From positions 10,065,231 to 10,129,230 of the forward strand of contig MU054187.1 in the NCBI GenBank assembly GCA_013239625.1: DNA of 64,000 nt, read 5' to 3'. The notes beneath the pieces are model-generated. The model did not search any database. It saw nothing but the letters and a program-made list of their open reading frames with translations, and was not told the DNA's origin. Made by a program: the position numbers and the translations under genes. Positions 57,509 to 64,000 of this stretch are shown here, piece after piece (within the stretch, counting starts at the first letter, position 1; every line of letters starts with the position of its first letter). Source of the DNA: Lama guanicoe (Eukaryota).

Positions 57509-58263
57509 CAGGGATTCTCAAAGTGCGGTCCCTGGACAAACAGCAGCAGCATCACCTAGGAACTTGTTAGAAAGGCAAATGCTGTGAGACAGGAAGGAAG
57601 GGGGCAGGGCACAGCCATTCAAAAAATAACAGCAATTAACACCAAGGTGGTGGCAAATTTAACTCCCAAGCCTTGAGGTCCAAGATGGCAGGAGATGTGA
57701 CTTCCAGTAGACCTTGAGCTTCATTATATGTTCATTGTAATATATTAGCATGGTGACTGTCACACCCACAGGTGCCATGACAATTACGAGGCTGACTATA
57801 AAAGGTCAAAAAGTGAGTGGTGGCTCAATTTCTAGAAATCTCAGCCCCTTCCCCCAAATAGTTGGAATAATCCTCCTACTTGTTAGCACATAAAGCTAAC
57901 AAGCCCATAAAAACTGACAACCACCATACCTCACAGCTGCTCTCCTTTCTGAGTAAGATGGCCTGCACTCTGTCTATAGAGATGTCTCTCTCTAAATAAA
58001 TCTACCTTTACTCGACTGTGGCTAACTCTTGAATTCTTTCCTGCACGAAGCCAAGGACACACACTTGGCGGGACATGTCCCAGGGATTCAACTGAGCCTG
58101 GAACATGGCCCTCCTTCTCACCCCACACTCATTTTCCTGTGTCACTTGGGCCCTGCTCCAAACATACCGAATCCGAGACTCTGAGGGGTAGGGCCGAGCA
58201 ATCTGTGTTTTAACAAGAGCTTGAGGTGATTCTGATGGACAAAAGTTTGAGCACTAACTACTG
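57509..58263. mobile_element. MER5A-like MITE split by an LTR insertion
   Basis: CAGGGATTCTCAAAGTGCGGTCC...gaacttgttagaaaggcaaat left half; aatctgtgttttaacaag...ggtgattctgatg..aaagtttgag right half. Confidence 0.75.
57585..58144 (+). mobile_element. ERV1 solo LTR, MER41-like (cetartiodactyl type)
   Basis: Terminal inverted ends TGAGACAGGAA / TTCCTGTGTCA; CACACCCACAGGTGCCATGACA motif; AATAAA; CTTGAATTCTTTCCTGC..GAAGCCAAG. Confidence 0.72.
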
Positions 58264-61252
58264 CTGTAGGAGATTAAATTTGCTCCAGGACAGAGAATTA
58301 GGACTTGGTTAGTTAACTGTGAGTTGGAACCTAGTTATGTCAATAAATATTAACCTGAAGAATGTGTCTGCAAAATTTCCTCCTCCTGCTCCAATCCAGT
58401 CCTTCCCCCCTCCTTTTTACCATTCTGTTCTCTTTAAAACTCAGAGCTAGAAGGATCCTGGCCCACCAAGCACTCTTGGATACCATTAATTTTTGAAACT
58501 GTAATGCAATTGCTTAACAACAGTGATCAAATTGGCTGTTGGAAAGGGTGAGTAGAATCTAGAGTTCATACGATGGAGTCTCATGATCCTCTCCTTTAAA
58601 AATTCCCCAGTAACCTAAAATGTGCCCTCGGCTAACATTTGTGTAACTGGTTCCATGTTTCAGAGAGAAAAACTGGGAAAGAAAAATGGTGGCAGTCATG
58701 TGTGATTGCCTTTCCTTTCCACTTTTATAGTTGAAGATTGTATGTTTGTTTCCGGAACACACAGTGCCAGGTATTTCTTAGCCTCTTCCTTCTCCCCAGC
58801 AGAGAGCAGAGAGATGCCACAGTGCTGACAGTCATTCCTTCCGGATGGAGAAGAGAAGGTCACTGAGAGTGTAGAGGAAAAATGAGGGTTTTTTTTTCCC
58901 TACTTTCTGCTCTATCCAGCAACAGACAGTTATGGCTCTTTTAATTCATTCCTTCGTCTTATTTGCAAACGGGAAAACACATTCCACAAAAAGAAGTCTC
59001 TGTTTCTGGAAACACTTGTTTTGGGGGAAAAAAATGGTATGAGGAAGCTTTAATTTGAGGAAATATATTCTCTTTTATTTCTAATTTAAATATTTATGTA
59101 GTTTTGCAAAATAAGTGATATGACAAAATAAACGAAAAAATATTTACTTTTACACATACACCAAGAGAAAGAGAAAGAGAAAGAGAAATTCTTTCAAAGA
59201 CTAGAAATTAATCCTAAACTTTGGAAACAAATAGATTTTTGGCAAAAGAGGTATCTCTTTGCATTTCTTATATTAGAATTTTTATTTTGCAAACATGTAC
59301 TAGTTTCTAGAGTCTTGCCTCACTTAGCGGCAAATTAGCAGTATAATTTGGAAGATGCAATTCCTGAAAGGCATCAACAATTTATTTCTGCTAAGAATTA
59401 TCAGACCCACTTGCTCTTCAAATGACCGAGAGTATTTGTGTGAAATTTACTTAGTTTTCACTTATATATGCTTTTAACTGACTTTGAAACTCTTTAATAA
59501 TTGCATGCAAAGAGTCTCAAATCTGGTTTGAACTACCATTGCTTTTATTTGAGTATCAGAGCCAAAAGCTTAAACCAATCTCCACCAACTACCTGCCACC
59601 CAAACATGTTTTTGTAAGAGAAAACTGAGTTCAGTGGGGAGGGTCAGGCGTGGTCTCTGCTCGACTGTTGAAGTTAATTTTGAAGTTAATTATTGCCCTA
59701 TACTTCCTCCAGTGATATTATCCACTACTCCACCTTGAAATACTAAAGGCATTTCTACAAAGTTCATTACTCCACCTTCCTTAAGCAACAGGTCCTGCTA
59801 GTTGAAGGCTTTACAAAAAATAGTAGCAGCAAGCAATCATCTTGTAGCATTTCCTGACTCCAGTGTGTGACACGCCTGTGAACTTCCCACATTAAGTTAA
59901 GGTGGTGGTAGTGCAGAGGGAAAATTCTAAACTTTCTGAAAACTTGTGACTGTCAAAATTCCTGGTAGGAGGAGAAGCTGGAGAAGAAATCCCATGTATG
60001 TTTTATTTGTACACATATATTGCCAGTGGGGTCAGAAGAGAGGATGCAAACATGTAAAACAGTAACTAATTATGAAGCAGTATAAAATAAACAATAATAT
60101 AGACATTCATGCCTGGAGCTGAGAGCAAAGAGGCAAGAGAGACCCACTGAAGAGAAATTTTTTCCAGCAGTGGACGGATCCCAGGTTCAAATAAACACAC
60201 TGTCGGATGAGAAAGCAAGACTCAAATGGAGCAGATTCAATAATATAATGCATCTGAATATTCACTTATGATTGCAAGAAGCAGCTGGCATTTGAGTTAA
60301 GCAGTGCTGGAGGATAAACTAATTTTAAAATGGGGAGAAGGGTATTCCAGGCTGAGGGAGACAGAGAGCTGACTGTGTGAGGCTCTAGGCATGAGGTGGG
60401 GGAAGTGAAGGGTGGATGGTGGGTATGCTACCAGCAAATGGTGCCTGGAGAGAGAAAACAGGACATGGAGAGTTATGTTAGACAAGGCCATGGGAGCTTT
60501 GTGTAAGGTACTGTGGAATTTGCAGGAAATGAAGAAAAAGGTGGTTATTTTACCTCCCCCTTCAGCCATATCATTAGCTTCTCTCTGGTCCACCTGGTCT
60601 GGTCAAAAATTACCAAAGGACAGTAAAGAAATCAACATGTTGCAACAAACAGAACATCTTTGTGGTGCTCCAGTGGCCTGCCTAATTAACAAATTGTGAA
60701 ATAGTCCATCACCTCTACTCTCCCCTCTCCTACCAGCCCCACCATCTCTTCCTCTGTCCCAACACCATTTGACTCCACCTAGTGCCATATCTGACCACCC
60801 CCTCCCCACCCCTGCCGGTAACACCAGCATCACCGCCGCAGCCACTGCACAGCAGAGGAAGCTCGCGTAGGGGAGATGTGTCTGCACGTGGCAGTACACT
60901 GTCCTGCCAGGGAACGTTAGGCTTTGTCCTTTGAGGAATTCTGTGGAAGATACAAGCCAGCTGATGGATCCAGATGGTGCCTCGTACTCTGCAGGTCCTC
61001 AATAATTACCTAATATGTTGGGTTTTATTTATTTATGAGCTCTTGATTAAAATAAACTCTGCCACCTTTCTGTGAATCTTCCTAAGTCAGTTTTCTCAAT
61101 AAATGACATTAAGAGCTTTAAGGATTAGGATGTTGTCAGTTTTGAGCCTAATGCTTAAAACTTTCTACCACAGCTCTCATGACTATTTTAGTATTATTTG
61201 AAAAAATATTAGACATGATATTTTTGATTATAAAGGTAATGCATGTACATCA

Positions 61253-61517
61253 CAGGCAGACCTCAGAGACACTGCAGGTTCAGTTCCAGACCAACCCGAT
61301 AAAGCAAATATTGCAATAAGGTAAATCCCGCACATTTTTTGGCTTCCCAGTACATCTATGTTTACATTAGCATTATGTCTAAAAAACAGTGGACATACCT
61401 TAATTTAAAAATACTATATTGCTAAAAGTTGCAAACCATCTGACAGTGCAGGGTTGCCACAAACTTCCAATTTGTTAAAAACACATCTATGAAGCACAAT
61501 AAAATGAGGTATGCCTG
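61253..61517 (-). mobile_element. Tigger1-derived MITE (internal deletion derivative)
   Basis: TIRs CAGGCAGACCTC ... GAGGTATGCCTG; both arms match the ends of the Tigger1 at 24627-26950. Confidence 0.82.
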
Positions 61518-61540
61518 TGTATAAAATTTGTAAAATATCT

Positions 61541-61760
61541 AAGTTCAAGATTTGCAGATACTAACTACTATATATAAAATACATAAACAACAAATTTATA
61601 CTGTATAGCACAGGGAAACATATTCAATATTTTATAGTTACCTATGGTGAAAAAGAATATGAAAAGGAATATATGCTTGTATATGTATGACTGATACATT
61701 ATGCTGTACATCAGAAATTGACACAACACTGTCAACTGACTATACATTAATAAAAAAATT
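61541..61760 (+). mobile_element. Short L1 3' end (cetartiodactyl type)
   Basis: ctgtatagcacaggga..atattcaata...gaaattgacacaacactg..aactgactatac..aataaaaaaa; degenerate TSD aatttgtaaaatat / aatttggaaaatgt. Confidence 0.8.
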
Positions 61761-63019
61761 AATTTGGAAAATGTAAAACTCCCTTGCTTTCAAAATTCCC
61801 CTAAAATGATAACCAGAATCACCCACTGTATTAGTTTCCTATTGCCATAGCAAATTAACCACAGATTTTGTGCTTTAAAACACCTTAGTTACAATCAATA
61901 AAGCTGCTTTGAATATAAGTGGATACTAAAGAGTCAGCAAAGTTGCCTCCCCACCCCGTTCTCTTTCCCCGAATTCAGAGGCCAGTGGAAGTAGAGTGAA
62001 TGTATTAGCGTGTGTTGTTATGAGTTGACCAAGTTTGGCAAGAAAACTTGAAAACTCTCTCTCTCTGGGAAGAATCAAGTTTGTTCCAATGAAAACAGGA
62101 GCTGTTGGCAGTCGTGAAACCCGGATGTGTTTACACTTGTAACACAATCTTGTATTAATCATGGTTCAGCCTACCAGGTTCTCTGAAAATGAAGAGGCCC
62201 TGTTTATACATATATTCAAATAATTTGTGTCTGACTGGGCAACTCTTTCCTTCTTCCCACAGTGTTCTAAGATTACACAAATGTGCAGAATAGTACTCTT
62301 GATATCAGATATTTTTCTCCTGGTAGGTCACTCATGAGTCATCATCAGAGATTTTACAGGGTTGTCCTCACAGACGATTCTCCAGGTAGGGAGTTGAAAG
62401 CAGCAGAGCAAGTCATGCTCTGAAGAAATTTCAAAGTGGCAAAATCTGTTTGAGTAATCAAGTAAAATCAAGGAAATCATTTGGCATTTACTTTGAGTAC
62501 CTTGATTATAACTGAAAAGGATATGCTGTTTATTTATGGAGCACTTTCCCCCAAAGACTTTAAATCACTAAACTACTACATTCTCTCTTAGAAGACAAGT
62601 AGGAAGAGACATTTTGGTCAAGTTTATCCTATCTGATGATGAGAGAGAAGGGTCTCTCATTCCTTCTTTTTCTTTTCCCATTTTTAGACTCCAAGTTCCA
62701 AACTGGTGAAAGGATGAGCCCTAAGGCCAGAGCTGGGGTGACAAATAAGGGGAGTTTCTCATTGTTTTAAGCCAGGTGTCACCTGGGGGCTCCCTGTCTC
62801 TTGAGGTCTAGGTAAGATGAAATCACGTCCCCAGTTCCAAGGCTTGTGTCTGCTTTCCCGAAGTACCTAGGCAGTTTACGGTCTCAAAGTCACCTCTGGC
62901 TCCAAATTTTTATTTACTTACTTTACGGATTGATTCAGTGTCTCACATGTTTGGTTCCGTTCAGCGAAGCATTGACTCAGATGATGTCACATTCAGGCTT
63001 TTCCTCAGTTTTCACTTTT

Positions 63020-63043
63020 CACACACACACACACACACACACA
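63020..63043. repeat. (CA)n microsatellite
   Basis: Seen directly. Confidence 0.9.
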
Positions 63044-64000
63044 CTCCCACAAGGTGGTTTGCAGGGTGAGTGGACTTCATCGAAGATTTAAGAAAGAGAG
63101 ATGGAAACAGAGAATTCCAAGGGAATTTGTACTCTCTCTCAGCCTCTCTACCTCACCTGGTACCCCAGTTTCATGTCATTGTCAGCTCGGCTCCTCCTTC
63201 CATTCTGAGGCCAAATTCCTCGTGCTGTGTCGGGCAGAACCAGGAAGCCATTTCTCTGATGCCTCAGCACCTTTCCACAGTCCTCAGGTGCTTACCTCCT
63301 CCAAATTGTTCATCAAAGTGTTTCCGAAGAATTTTGGTGCCAGCTGTTCAGAAAATAAAAATGTCAACCCTTTATGATTTATTTTTAAATTCCAGTGTTT
63401 TCGGCTGTGAGAAGACTAGTATTTCTTCTATTCCACAAGTAGAAGAAATTTTGCGTGCTTATTTTATGCCAGGCATTATTCCCGGAGCTGGGGACCTAGC
63501 AGTCCTATTACAGAGTTTCAGTCTCCTGGGGGAGAAATGTTTTAAACAAATAAATATGTGAATAATTTATTAACAGCTATGGTAAATATCACAGAGGAGG
63601 ATTTCTGGGTGTTATCTGGAAGGGCGTGGCAGTGGCAGAAAAGGGTGAAGGGTAAGGAGTGAGGGAAAGTTTTTTTTTCCCCGACGCATTTAATCTGCCC
63701 AGGATTAGAAAAGGCTGGTTGACTCCTAGGCCGATGTTCTCTTGTTGGCAATTGCTGCCTCTGAAGAGACAATTAAAATAAGAATGACAACATCTGTTGA
63801 GTTTCTGTCCTGAATTAACTAATTAATTCAACGAACACTTACTGAGGGGCTTTGATGTGCCGGGTACAGTGCTAAGAGTACAAAGAGGTGGCTGGTGGGT
63901 GGTTAGGAAAGGCCTTCTTGGGTGAAGAGTCCTGGATGGTGAGGAGCTTGCTGAAGACTGTTTCTAGCTAAAGGAAAAGTGTATTCAAAGGTCCTGAGGC

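Noticed and set aside
60730..61002. GC-richer patch with several ORFs, considered as an exon of a neighbouring gene such as CPA6
   Set aside because: No translation I examined resembles a carboxypeptidase or any protein I recognise, and I saw no convincing splice-site pair.
62331..62342. AP-1 motif TGAGTCA within a palindrome
   Set aside because: A 7-mer is expected several times by chance in 64 kb; no supporting evidence.

Overview
Mammalian genomic DNA, most likely a camelid (alpaca or camel), inferred from four tRNA-derived Vic-1-like SINEs. The window holds the 5' part of ARFGEF1 (BIG1, brefeldin A-inhibited Arf GEF 1) on the minus strand. Exon 1 lies in a CpG island (ATG at 45841), followed by a ~30.6 kb repeat-rich intron 1 and coding exons 2-9 (15098 down to 673); the gene continues beyond base 1. 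Exons 2-9 have canonical GT-AG ends, chain in frame and match the BIG1 protein as I recall it. The main anomaly is exon 1: it breaks off after codon L33, so the conserved RKACEVAL(E) codons and the phase-1 splice donor are absent and the frame runs into intron-like G-rich sequence to a TGA. This is either a real loss-of-function deletion or an assembly/sequence artefact. The rest is eutherian repeats (L1, L2, MIR, MLT1, MER21-, MER31- and MER41-like LTRs, Tigger1/2/7, MER5, MER20) plus ~17 kb upstream of the gene. I found no prokaryote-like system, CRISPR array or novel protein-coding gene. Repeat subfamily names and orthologue comparisons come from memory of consensus sequences, not from database searches.
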